The notes: a model not told the origin generated them from the sequence alone. A stretch of 64,000 nt of DNA from Azolla caroliniana (GCA_043228905.1 JBHGNT010000012.1:15190001-15254000), one strand, 5' to 3'. Counted from the first letter of the stretch, positions 1 through 12,221 are shown. Made by a program: numbers and translations.

Positions 1-1156
1 CGGGATATCGTCGATGGAAGTCTTCTAGAAGAGCACGAGCATTGGTCACATTCTCGATCAGTTCCCAAGTACGCTCGCTGGGACTATATCCTAGCCAATC
101 GACTAGATAGTAGAGCTTGTTGCGAACAATCTTGGAATCGAGGATGGCAGCGACCTCATACTCAGGTCCATCTTCGAGCTCGATAGGAGGTGGAGGTTGT
201 ATAGTACGTCCTGGGATAGTGCTCTCGTGATAGGGTTCGAGGAGAGAACTATGAAACACCGGGTGTATCCGAAGTTGCGGAGGTAGCTCGAGACGAAAAG
301 CGACATCATTAATCTTCCCGATAATACGGAAAGGACCTAATCGTCGATAATCCAACTTCTCACATGGGCGAGTAGTCTTGATGTGTCGTCGTAGCAGCCA
401 CACCCGATCTCCAATGTTAAAACTGGATGGAAGTCGATGACGATCTGCGTAGTCCTTGTGTGATTGTTGAGCTTGCTGGAGTTGAGTAGATAAATCCGCT
501 TGTATCTTGCGTAACCGCTCCAAACGATCCTCCGCGCAAGGATTTGTGGACACTTCTGGGGTTTCAAGGACACACCACCGGGGATGATATCCCGTATAAG
601 CGTAGAATGGCGTGACTTTAGTCGATGCGTGGATAGCGTTATTATAGGCAAATTCGGCGAACTGAAGAATATCTGCCCAGTCATTCTGATGATAGTTGAG
701 AAAGCACCGCAGATACTGCTCCAGTGTTTGATTTGTTCGTTCGGCTTGACCGTCGGTTTGTGGGTGGTAGCCGGAGGAGAGGTTACAAGTGACCTTCAGC
801 ATTTTAAAAAGGTGCTTCCAGAATTTTGACACAAACTGGGGTCCACGATCGCTGATGATATTATCAGGGAGTCCATGATGCCGACATACTTCCCGCATGA
901 CAATTTCGGCGGTGTCTTCACTAGATATTTCTTTAGTACATGGTAAGAAATGAGCCATCTTCGTATATCGATCCACCACTGTGAGAATCGCACTGAATCC
1001 CTTAGAGACTGGAAGATCTGTAATGAAGTCAAGAGCAATGGATTGCCATGGCTTGCTTGGAATTGGTAATGGTTCTAATAAACCATATGGATGATGTCTT
1101 GGCATTTTCGCTCTGCAGCATGTATCGCAAGTCCGAACAAAATCTTCGACAAATTG
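1..1156 (-). CDS. T1 integrase plus chromodomain, in-frame continuation of pol after one TGA
   Basis: Manual translation: CDTCCRAK, DFITDLP, IISDRGPQF, YHPQTDGQAERTNQ, GPF, IHPVFH, EYEVAAILDSK..YLVDWLGY..TWE; open to the window edge. Confidence 0.88.
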
Positions 1157-3522
1157 TCACATACGGGGCCACCAGAATGATCGTTGTACTAAATCTAATG
1201 TTTTAGTACTACCAAAATGTCCTGCTGTATATGTGTCATGGCAGTTTTGGACTACTCGAAGGCGGCAAGAACCATTAGGAACATACAAAAGTTCTTTAAA
1301 GAAGAGTAATCCATCACAGTATTTGAATTGCCGATAATCCGTACCTGGTGATTGTGATTGTGAACATGACGCTCGAGAGGGGTCAATTTGTGCTAGTATA
1401 GCTTGGGCGAAAGCGTCAGTCTTCAAGTCCTCACGTATAGTATTGGTAATGTCGGAATCCACGGGCATGTCAAAGATCTGTGCTGCTTGCAGTCGTGCTG
1501 GACCCAAGATTACTTGCTTCTGGTTATCGAAAGCTGGCTCACCGGGACGTGGTGTTAGATACGAACGCCGTGATAATGCATCTGCCTTCCCTTGGTGCTT
1601 CCCCGGACGATATGTAATTTTGAAGTCGAAGCGTGTGAGGAAGTGGGCCCACCGAGCTTGACGTCGATTCAGTACACGAGCATCTTGAAAGTAGGCAAGG
1701 TTCTTGTGGTCACTGAATACAGTGACCTGATGAGGAGATCCCTCCAGGAAATGCCTCCGTTGCATAAAAGAATCAACTATTGCTAATAGCTCTTTATCAT
1801 GAATTTCGTAGTTGATTTCGGCGGCGTCAAACTTACGGGAGTGGAAAGCCACAGGATGTAGCTTCTCGTCGTTACCCTGTTGTGACAGAATGCTCCCCAA
1901 TGCGAAATCCGATGCATCAGCTTCGATAATGAATGGTTTTTCCGGATCCACATGACCTAAAATTGGAGCTGATGTAAACGCCTTCTTAAGACTCTCGAAA
2001 GCCATGTCCGTCTCTTTAGACCAAATGAATGATTGTCCCTTCCTGGTGAGCTGTGTGAGAGGCAGCACAATTTTTGAGTAATTTTGTATGAACTTCCGGT
2101 AGAAATTTGCAAAGCCTAGGAAGCATTGCACATCCCGCACCGAACGCGGAGTGTGCCATTCTATCACCGTTTTGACCTTGGCTGGGTCCATAGATATGCC
2201 TTCTGAGGAGATGACATTGCCGAGAAACTCCACTTGGTTGCACCCGAAACTACATTTCTCTAACTTTGCATACAGACCATGTTCTCGAAGTCGTTTTAGT
2301 ACTAATAGTACATGAGAATCATGTTCTTCTTGGGTCTTTGAATAAACCAGTAGATCATCCAAATAGATGATCAAAAAATCATCCAAGAGATCTCGAAATA
2401 TATCATTCGCCATGTGCTGGAAGACTGTCGGCGCATTAGTGAGTCCGAACGGCATGACCGTATACTCGAAGTGCCCATATCTGGTGCGAAACGCGGTCTT
2501 CCATTCATCTCCTGGTCGGATCCGTACGAGGTTATAGGCTCCTCGTAAGTCGATCTTCGTGAAGAACCTGGCACCGTTGATCCGTTCTAAAAGACTTGAG
2601 ATAAGGGGAAGAGCATACCTATTTCTTACTGTGACTTTATTCAAGCCACGGTAATCTACAACGAGTCGAAGCGAGCCATCTTTTTTCTTGACGAAGAAAA
2701 TGGGTGCGCCGGCTGGAGATTTCGAATGCCGAATGAAACCGTTCTCCAAATTCTCCTCTATATAGGCTCGAAGGACTTCTAGCTCGGTTGGTGACAAATT
2801 GTAGATCGGCCCCCATGGCGGCTCTTTTCCCAGTTGTAAGTCGATGGCGCAGTCGTACGGCCGATGATGAGGAAGTGTGTTGGCTTGTACTTTATTGAAC
2901 ACATCAGCATACTGACGATACTTCTCGGGAAGTTGAACGGTGGACTCCTCTTTGGTGGTGCTGGAGGGTTGTACTGATATTGCAAAGAGAAACATTTCCT
3001 CCTTGCGCCCTTCCTCACGCAACTGACGTAGCGAAATGGTTGCAACCTTCTGGGTAGATCCTTGGGTTTGTCGCAACCGGATTTCCCTTGTCCTCCAATC
3101 TATGTCTGGGTCATGTAACTCGAACCATGGTAATCCTAAAACTATGGGATGTTCTGGAATACTAATAATATTAAATGATACTACACATGTTAAGTTATCT
3201 AGGACAATATTAACGGGTTCCGACTCTTCTATGATATTACCAGAAGCAATGGGACGACCATCAATGACTACTACTGAGGCTGGACATGGGAGCTTTCTGA
3301 GAGATATATGATGAGCTCGGGCAAAATTCCTATCCATGAAGCAAGAATTAGCTCCGGAATCTAGAAGGGCTAAGGTATGTACTGGAGGGGTACTTTTAGT
3401 ACTAACTGCTACTTGGACTACGAACACATCACTAACTTGCTTAGAGGGAATGGAACCACTAATGGGCTGCACAGATCTAGGGCTGTCCAACCAAACGGCT
3501 CCTATTTTGGCTGGACTTAGTC
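1157..3522 (-). CDS. T1 pol (protease-RT-RNase H-integrase N-terminus), -1 frame relative to gag
   Basis: 777-aa ORF: LLDSGA, YLDD, DASDFALG, HD..AGHFG; stops at TGA 1157-1159 (probably CGA>TGA). Confidence 0.93.
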
Positions 3523-4686
3523 GTTTAACTCTTCTTCTAATTGGCTAAGGACATCAAATTTGTTTGCGAGATTCGGACTATTAGTACTATTAGGACTATT
3601 ATGACTATGAGGATTATCAGAGATTCCTACTGACATAGACTCGGGTTTAGTATAGTCAGAACTAACAATGACTTGGTTTACCTGCCTTCTTGGTCTATGG
3701 GGACAGTTTATCGCGATATGCCCTGGTCCACCGCAATAAAGGCATAATCGGTTTGTTCGGCGTCGTTGCTTTTCCTCCTCCGATAGCGGCCCACGACGAC
3801 GTGTAGTGTCAATTTCCATTGGAGTTGGAGTACTTACTGGAGGCGCATTATGTGACTCCCTTTGAAAAGGTTTCGCTACCACTGAGGCATAGGTAGGCTC
3901 GGATCTTGCCCTCGGCATCTGAAATTGTCGTTCCGAACGTCGCTCGAAGAGGCGGTTGTCACATCTGACCGCTCGACTGATTGCTTCTGTTAATGATTTT
4001 GGCTCTTCAGGGAAAGTCAAGAGTAAATCCTTGACATCGTTGCGTAGACCATAGCGGAACTGCTCCATCAATGCTTGATCATCCCAGGGGATATCGGCGG
4101 CGAGTAGGCGGAAATCTGCAGCATATGCGGAGGCTGGACGGTCACCTTGGCGTAATCGCCGGATTTTGTTGATTGCAGTCCTTATGCTGTCAGTATCTCC
4201 AAAACATGCTTTAAACTCACTTATGAATTCTTCAAAATTATTTAGTACTGGAGATTCCTTTTCTAGTAGCGGAGCGAACCATGCTAATGCTGAGCCATTT
4301 AACAACGTGCCTACTAAACCCACTCGTGATGCATCGGTGGGATATCGGGACGGATGCATTTGAATAACTAACCGTACCTGGTTAAGAAACCCTCTAAACT
4401 GCGATCGCGTTCCATCGAACTTCGTGGGAAGGCCAATCTTGGGTTCTTTATGAATCCCTTGTGCTCCGTGCCCTTGTTGTTGCATTGCTACAATGGTTGC
4501 TTCGAGTTGTTGCACGCGTAACGCAAGTTCCCCATGCTGTTGTTGCGTTTGCTGCTTTTCTAAGGAAATTTGCTGAAGATCCCCCAACAAGCGTTGATTT
4601 TCTTGTTCCAAAGCATGAAACTTCTCTTTCAAGCATTGAAATTCCGAGAAAACGGATTGATACTCTTCAGCGCTAACGGTGGCCAT
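3517..4686 (-). CDS. T1 gag (PEG10/Ty3-like capsid plus CCHC knuckle)
   Basis: 389-aa ORF with N-terminal coiled coil, KFDG, LRQG, PMEID, CLYCGGPGHIAINC. Confidence 0.92.
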   Translation of the reverse strand: MATVSAEEYQSVFSEFQCLKEKFHALEQENQRLLGDLQQISLEKQQTQQQHGELALRVQQLEATIVAMQQQGHGAQGIHKEPKIGLPTKFDGTRSQFRGFLNQVRLVIQMHPSRYPTDASRVGLVGTLLNGSALAWFAPLLEKESPVLNNFEEFISEFKACFGDTDSIRTAINKIRRLRQGDRPASAYAADFRLLAADIPWDDQALMEQFRYGLRNDVKDLLLTFPEEPKSLTEAISRAVRCDNRLFERRSERQFQMPRARSEPTYASVVAKPFQRESHNAPPVSTPTPMEIDTTRRRGPLSEEEKQRRRTNRLCLYCGGPGHIAINCPHRPRRQVNQVIVSSDYTKPESMSVGISDNPHSHNSPNSTNSPNLANKFDVLSQLEEELND

Positions 4687-4775
4687 GGGATGAAGGAAAA
4701 GGGAAATAAGAGACTAGTAGGAAAGGAGAGAGACAGAAGGAAGAGGGAGACTAGTAGGGGAAAATCGGTTCAAAC

Positions 4776-4908
4776 TGTCAGGAACTCTATTAAGGCAGAG
4801 AAGGAATTAGTACTAAAAGAAGGATTAGTACTATTGTTGGGGAATAGTACTAAGACAGAGAAGGATTAGTACTATGAGAGGTGTCGAACTTTGAGAGAAG
4901 GAATGAGT

Positions 4909-4946
<38 letters not shown>

Positions 4947-5236
4947 TGATGCGAAAGATATATGTATTATATGACGGAAGATATACAACAGTAGTTAGAA
5001 GGCTTAAGACTGGCGTTGAACCGATTTGGTTCGAACTAATGCCTTGCGCCTCCTTTTATAGTGTCTTCAGGAATACTCCTGAAGTTTCTAGAATGTTCCA
5101 GAGAAATCTGGAATATACATCAATTTCCTAATAAAACCTAAATGAAAATAATATCCTTCAAATTACAACTCATAACCTAATGGTAAAGTCTCGACCCGTG
5201 TAACAAAAGGTTATGGGTTCGAGTCTAGTTATGACA
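4776..5236 (-). repeat. T1 5' LTR (461 bp)
   Basis: TGTCA...TGACA ends; TATA at 5054-5060 (minus); (GA)n tract; non-tRNA PBS adjacent at 4762-4773. Confidence 0.88.
5066..5113. promoter_or_regulatory. Heat-shock element array in T1 U3
   Basis: TTC-GAA-CTC-GAA-TTC-GAA-TTC-GAG-ATC-GAA in exact 5-bp register next to the TATA box. Confidence 0.75.
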
Positions 5237-5239
5237 CCC

Positions 5240-8200
5240 GCGCATCGATACCGGACGACGACATGCCGTTCTAGTACTCCAAGTATAGAGATGATCCGGA
5301 CGCGGAAGCTCATGTGCACGCCTTTGAACAGACATGGGAAGCCAACCATGTGTCCCAGCGATTGACCCCGGATGAAGAAGAACGCTCTAAGATAGCGGAA
5401 TTTGGCGTCACATTGGAGGGACCGGCAGCAAGATGGAACCGTCTACCATCACCACCTTTGCAGATTTAAAAGCTAAATTCTTGCAGTTTTTCCAAAAAGA
5501 GGTGGACCAGACCGTAATGGTAGGCTTATTTTATACCATCCGACAGGAGGCAGGGGAGAGCATTCCCCAATTTGTCATCCGGTTTCAACGGATGCATAGT
5601 TAGCTTACCCGCGCACCTCCGGAGGAGGAATTACGGACTATATTCCTAAACGCGCTCCGGGAACCCCTACGCACGGTTTGCACGGTAATTGACTTCCACA
5701 CAAGTACCATCGACCAGGTCATTGACCGGGTGAGAGAGATGGAAAAGACAAGCTCCTGGCTCACACTGGGAGCACTCCAACGAGCGTTACCGTCCGATGA
5801 AGACCTCCGGTTTCGGCAAGCAATACAATGCACAACCTGCTTGAATTCCGGACACTCGGCTCTAGAATGCACTATGAGGACGCAATGTGTAATCTGTCAA
5901 TCCAAGAGCCATACGACGGATAGGTGCGAGTATAATCTATTGAACCGGCAAGCACCGCCCGTCTGACAAATTGAGCCACGCAACAGCCAGGATGAAGAAG
6001 AGGAATGCTGGCGGCGAATGGACCGCAACCGACCGGCACAAGATGTCCGGTATGGCGATCGACGGGAGAATGATGTCAGGTACGGTGATTGGCGGGATAA
6101 CTATGACCGGCATGATCGGTACCGGGATTACAATAGACGATACGAACATTACGACCGGGAGCACTCCCCCGGGTATCGTCAGCAACGGGAGGAATACGGC
6201 AGATATAACGGGCAACCCTGTCAAGAGTACCGCAATAAGAAGAGCTATAACAAAAGGCGGCTACCCCCGGGATCCGGAACAAGGAGCTCCAAGCAGCCAA
6301 CCTGTCCCAAACCCCGCGCGTACCGCAGGACCTGCCCCGGGTACAACAGACAATGCTGAATCTAGCAATACCCGGAAAGCCTACTGCTACTACTGCCAAC
6401 AGGAAGGCCATTATAGTAACCAATGCCCGGTGAAGAGCTATGAAAAACAGCCGGCGGTAAATATGGTAGTCCCTGAGGTGGCAGATCTGCAGCAGGTGAC
6501 CACAAGGTCAAAGGGCATGGCCAAGGAATGGGAGACGCAGGAGACCATCCGGAAACAAGCAACGGAATGGGTAAAGAAAGCAAACGAGCAGAATGTCACA
6601 GACTTACAGTGGCAAAAGGAGAACATCGTAGGGCTTACCGGCGGTAGTCACTCCAAGAACGAGACATGGCAGGCGTTGCAAGAATGCCAGATTACGTTGC
6701 CACTAGGAAGTCTCCTACAACTCGTGCCAAGATTCACGGAAGGACTGAAGACGGCCATGACGGCAGGAGAACCATCACCGGCACCGGTACTCTTCTCGAA
6801 TCCGGAGGAGGGACCAACGGTGGTGGACACTAGCAGTCCGGTAATCACTGCCATTGTAAAAGGGAAAGAACTCCCCGGCACAGTTATAGACGGAGGCTCT
6901 GGGGTGAATGTAATAAGCCTCCGGACGTGTGATGCCCTAGGAATCCACGAGTGGGAGCCGTGTCCATTCTGGTTGTGGATGGCCGATACAAGCTCAGTGC
7001 AGCTGACAGGATTAATATGGAAATTAGAAGTCACCGTCGGCGGTCATACATTTCACATCTCGGCAGTAGTGCTACAATTACAGGCACAAGGCGCATACCC
7101 GCTATTGTTGGGGCGGCCATGGTTGAAAACGGCACATATCAAACAGAATTGGAGGAAAAATATAATTACCTTCCGGCGAGGAAAAGCCAAGGTACGGGTA
7201 CCAACACAGCCAAGGACGAGCACTGGCAAGGAATGTACACCGTTGTATGCGAAATGCGTCAACATGCTAGAAGGCTTAGGTGACGAAGAAGAAGCTCAGT
7301 ACCTGCAGGAAAACCCAAAGATCATACCCCTCTTAGAAATTGACATTGCCGAAGCAGTAGCACCATACTTACCACAACCACAAGAGGCTGAAGCAGAACC
7401 GGATAAAGACGCAATCCAGGAGTTACGGCAAGCGCAGGAAGCGTTGGAACAGGAAATGGTCGTTTCACTGCGTGTAAAAGCGTCGCAACTAGAAGAGGTG
7501 AACTTAGGGACCACGGACGAAGCAAAACCAGTGCACATCGCTAAGGAGATGAAGGCCGAGGACAAAACGGCGATGATCACACTTCTCATGGAATTTCGCG
7601 ATGTGTTCACCTGGTCATACGAAGACATGCGAGGACTCGACCCTTAGTTATACCAGCATCAGGTGCACTTGAGCAAGGACGCAAAACCAGTGGCACAAAG
7701 ACGGTACCGGATGAATCCCAATTATGCTGCCAAAGTCAAGGAGGAAATCGACAAACTGCTAAGAGTTGGCTTTATCCGTCCGGTAAAGAAAGCGACATGG
7801 TTGAGCCCGATCGTAGTCGTACCGAAGAAGAACGGAAAAATTTGAGTTTGTGTGGACTACCGGAAACTCAATGCAGCTACGATAACGAATGCGTTTCCAC
7901 TTCCGTTCACAAATGGAGTGTTGGATGCCGTCGCCGGCCATGAGGTCTATAGTTTCCTAGACGGATTCAGCGGGTATAATCAGATCCGGATGCACCCCGA
8001 CGACCAAGAGAAAACGGCTTTTGTCACCGAATGGGGGGTGTTTGTAGCCGTGGTGATGATGTTCGGACTCAAAATGGCACTGGCAACATTTCAACGAATC
8101 ATCATGGAAATCTTTGGTGAATATATTCCGGCTTTTATGCAAGTTTTCCTTGACGATTTCGCTGTCTATAGCCGGGAGGAGGACCATTTTCAGCACCTCC

Positions 8201-9124
8201 CTCTTTGTCTAGAAAAGTGTAGAGCGTACCGGCTAAGCTTGAATCCGGCAAAATGTGTATTTGGCGTGTCCAGTGGAACTCTATTAGGACATATTGTGAG
8301 CCAGGAAGGTATTGCAGTCGACCCGGACAAAGTGAAAGCCATATTAGAAGCACCGGCGCCGGCAACGGCAAAGGCATTAAGCCGGTTCTTAGGCCAGATC
8401 CGGTGGCACAGCCGGATGCTCCGATACTTGGCCGACCTGGCTACACCGTTGCATGCCGTCGTACATCGGACACCATTCCAGTGGACCGACACCGAGGATA
8501 GGGCGTATAGGGCCCTCAAGGTACTATTGTCGCAGGCACCGGTAGTGCAGCCTCTGGATTGGAGTAAAGAATTTCACGTGTTCGTGGATGCCTCCGACAT
8601 CGCAATCGGAAGCGTACTTATGCAGCTTACGGATCCAGCTATGGGAACGGCTGAATGAGAAGGAGTCGGAGGCAATACGGTTAACAGCGTTGTGTGAACT
8701 CGAGGAACAACGACTAGCCAGCATCCTGCACTTAGAATTGGAGCAACGGCGACGGAAAGCATTTGTCAACCGGCACAGGAAAGGAAACGAAAAAATGTTC
8801 GCAATTGGCAAACCGGTGTTAGTCTTTCAAACCCGGATGGGCAAGATGCCGGGTAAACTACGGTTTAGATGGACCGGACCGTATTGGCTAACAAGTGAGT
8901 ATAATGGGTGCTACCAGTTAGGGACACTTGCCGGCGAAGTGCTAGGCAAATGGGTCAACGGATTCCGATTGAAGCCATATAGAGGACCGATGCCTAAGAA
9001 CCCATTTGAGCAAAGGACCGACACCAGTGAGGGAAACGGCAACCACCAAGACGGCGGAGACGGCGAGCCGGTAACTGGGGAGAATGAGGCCGGTAAGGGT
9101 CCGAGACGACCAACGGACAAGTAA
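5240..9124 (+). pseudogene. gag-pol pseudogene of the Athila/Tat-like element
   Basis: ORF pieces 5730-5966, 5971-7647, 7663-7845, 7852-8658, 8588-9124 broken by stops and frameshifts; most of RH and the IN core are deleted near 8635. Confidence 0.85.
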
Positions 9125-9497
9125 CGTCACAATAATAATAATAATAACCAAAAAAAAAAAACGAAGTAATCATGCAAAAGTGAGGAATGAATGGATGAAA
9201 GAGCGAGGAGCGAAAAGGTACATAGTGGGCATTTAAAGCGCCACCATAGGACATAATGCTATTTTAGTACATGACATGCACACACTCGAATAAGGCGCCA
9301 GAATGCACAGACAAAAACCACTGCGCGTAGAGACCCTTTACTTTCGCGAACCCAGAAGCACAGAAGCACCAAGACGCTGCAAGATCATCAGACGAGAACC
9401 TACGCACAGAGAACCCCCGCCTTCTCAACTCTCTCTCTCTCAACCTCACTCTCATCACCATCCAACCTCGCCACCGCAGTCCGACCTCGACACAGAC

Positions 9498-12221
9498 ATG
9501 GACCCGCAAACGTTGTCGGAAGCCGCCAAGACATGGCTAAAGCAACACGGACTCGAGGGCTTCTTGATGATGATGGAAGTACCGCCACACAAAGAAGCCG
9601 ACAAAGTGATCAAAGAAATCGACACAGAGGTCATAATGGCAGAGGCGATTCGAGCGTTAACAGGCCTTCCGGAGGGAGGCATACTCACGATTGACAATCC
9701 AACCCCGGAGCAACTCATCAGGTATTTTGGTGAGTACTCTCTAGCCAGCAAGGGCTACCGGACACAGGGCGGCAGAGATATGTTGTTCCACGAGATTGCT
9801 CATGTGCTCCACGAATACGGCCACATGTACCCTAGACCCCCTGTCATGCCGCAGAACCGGGCAGGGATGATCATTGCCACCTATGAAGGGATCAAGGTGG
9901 ATTGGCCGGTATTGATCGCAGACGGGTTGTGTGCGGCGATCGAGACGGACGGAGGATATGGCACGCCGTAACGCAGTGGCTCACCTTGCTTGTGCCACCC
10001 ATCCAGCCCAAGAAGCGAGGAAGAGTGGCGGACGGCACCCCAAAGGCGGCTTCCAAACGACAACAGTTGTTGGCCTCTATGGCCAGTAAGGGAAAGGCGG
10101 CGGATGTAGAACAGGCGGCAGCCAGAAGCGGCCAACGGAGGCGCAGGAGGAAGCACTGGCACGACCCGTAAAGGTTACACTCCGCCGACCGGTAAATAGA
10201 GAAGCGGACCCCTTGGCGGCAAAACTCAATGTCGGGACTCAGGAAGAGGAAATAGAGTAGCCTACGGAGCACCTCCAGCGACGGTCGTCGGCAAGGACCG
10301 TTGAGGCAGCCAGGAAACGTTCGGACCCTCTACTGGAGGGAACACCGGCTCCCCATACTGAGACTCCCACGCCAAGGAAGGAACCGGAACCGGTACGCAT
10401 GGCACCGGAATCAGAAGCCCCAGCACCACCGGCAACACCGGCAAGTCCCATCCCGCCAAAGCCGGAAAGGTCAATGCAGCCTCCATCGGCCAACCAAGAA
10501 GAAGCGCAAGGGGAACCAGAACAGCAGGGTGGTCCACGGGCAGAAACAGAACTGCAACTCGGCGCAACCAGGCGGGACCACCCATCTACAAGTGAGCCCA
10601 TCTGTCAAACCTCCGTGCAAGCACAACAAGGCACCGGTAGCCTGTGGATCCGGTGGATAGGCGAATAGATAGCCGGAGCAGTGGGGTATATTGAGGCGGA
10701 AGAAAGAGCGCAAAGCGAACGGTTGCTCATCACAACCGAACAACTAGAGACAGCCTGGTCCAGAATCTGGTGCCTTGAAAAAGACTTGGATCAGGTCACG
10801 ACAGAGATGGCCAAAATGGCCTTAACGGCAACACAGATCCAATCACCGGTGACTCCGGTAAGTGTACAGAATAAAGAAACGGATCGACCTGTACATACCA
10901 ATAAGACCCCGGCAACGGAAACCGTTCCGGCGAGAGATGCGGCGCAAGCCCAGGAGCTTGCGGAATTGAGAGATGAACTTGCCGCACAAGAAGCGCTAAG
11001 GAGCCGTGAACGGGAATTGAAGACAGCGGCCGAAGCCGAATTAAAGAAGACTGCTGAGAACCTCCGCCAAGTAGAGGAGAGCCTCCGGAAAGGCCATCAA
11101 GCGTACGATCGGCTAAAGGAGGAGAAAGACAAAGTGCTGCAGGAAAAGGACAAGCTGCGGAAAACGGCGGAAACGGAGATTGAACGGCTAAAGGAAGAGC
11201 TCCGCCAGTAGCAGGACCGCGAGGACCGGGCCCGTCGACAGATCAACGCACGGCTCAAGCAAAAGACAGATGATTTTGAGCACCTGCACCGGAACTACAA
11301 ACGGCTAGAAACGGAGCATAAGGAATGTATGGCCGAGCTCCAACAGGAAGTTGATCGGGCCGCGACGGCGATCGCCGACGAACGTGCGGAAAATACAAGA
11401 CACTTGGACGAGGCGGAGAAGGTCCGGATGGAGCTCCAGAGGCAGCAACAAGAAGAAAAAGAGAGAGCGTCAACAGTATTGCAGAAATTACAAAGCACAT
11501 ATCAAAGGCAATTGACGCATTACAAGGCGCAGGCGGAAGACAACGTAAAAATCATCAAGCAACTGAAGGAGGAACGGCAAGCGGCGGAAACCAAATCGCA
11601 ATTAGGAACGGGCCGGATTCAGTCCATCCTTCGGGCATGGCTGAATCAGACAAAACACTTGATTGATGAAAGCTCCGTAAGATGGTGGACAAAGTGGGCA
11701 CAAAACGCGGCGGAACTCCAATTGCTACGGGCAGACGTGGCAAACCGGCGGAAGGAAGGAGATGATTGTTATATGTTGACTTCCGAGGACTTCACCGCCA
11801 TACGGGACGAGCTGGCCGACGACTTCCAAGTCCTGGCGGATGAACAGCTGGCGAGGGCAGGCAGCTCGTAGCTCAGCTAGACGATGATAGGCTGGACGCT
11901 CAAATCCAGTTTGAAAGCTACGAGCGGTCCCGGGTTCGAGAAGAAAAAGCATGGGATGCGGCAATGGTTAACCTTAGTGATGAGGAACCGTCACCGGCTG
12001 AGGGCCAGCCCGGAACCAGTCAACCGGAGACCACTACGACGAAGGGAGCAACGACGGAGACGTCGGTGTCAGAGCAACAAACGGAGGAGCAGCAGCAGCA
12101 GCCATCAACGGACCCGTCGCAGCAGACGTCAATAGAGCAACAACAACAACAACAACCAATTCCAGATGAACCATTAGAGACTCTCGAACAAAGCATTCTG
12201 GATATTTTGGACGAAGAATAG
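9498..12221 (+). pseudogene. Extra ORF downstream of pol: globular N-terminus, Pro-rich linker, long coiled coil, Q/E-rich tail (disrupted)
   Basis: Collinear pieces 9498-9971, 10399-10668, 10681-11211, 11329-11871, 11964-12221; several are separated only by single in-frame TAG codons. Confidence 0.7.

Larger units (their letters stand above)
1..5236 (-). mobile_element. Ty3/gypsy chromovirus (Tcn1/Tf1-like) element T1; 3' end runs off the window
   Basis: gag, PR-RT-RH, integrase and chromodomain on the minus strand; 5' LTR at 4776-5236 (TGTCA...TGACA); inserted into the gag of the Athila/Tat-like element. Confidence 0.93.

Noticed and set aside
1157-1159. Programmed readthrough stop within T1 pol
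   Set aside because: T2 has Arg at the equivalent position, so a CGA>TGA mutation is the simpler explanation
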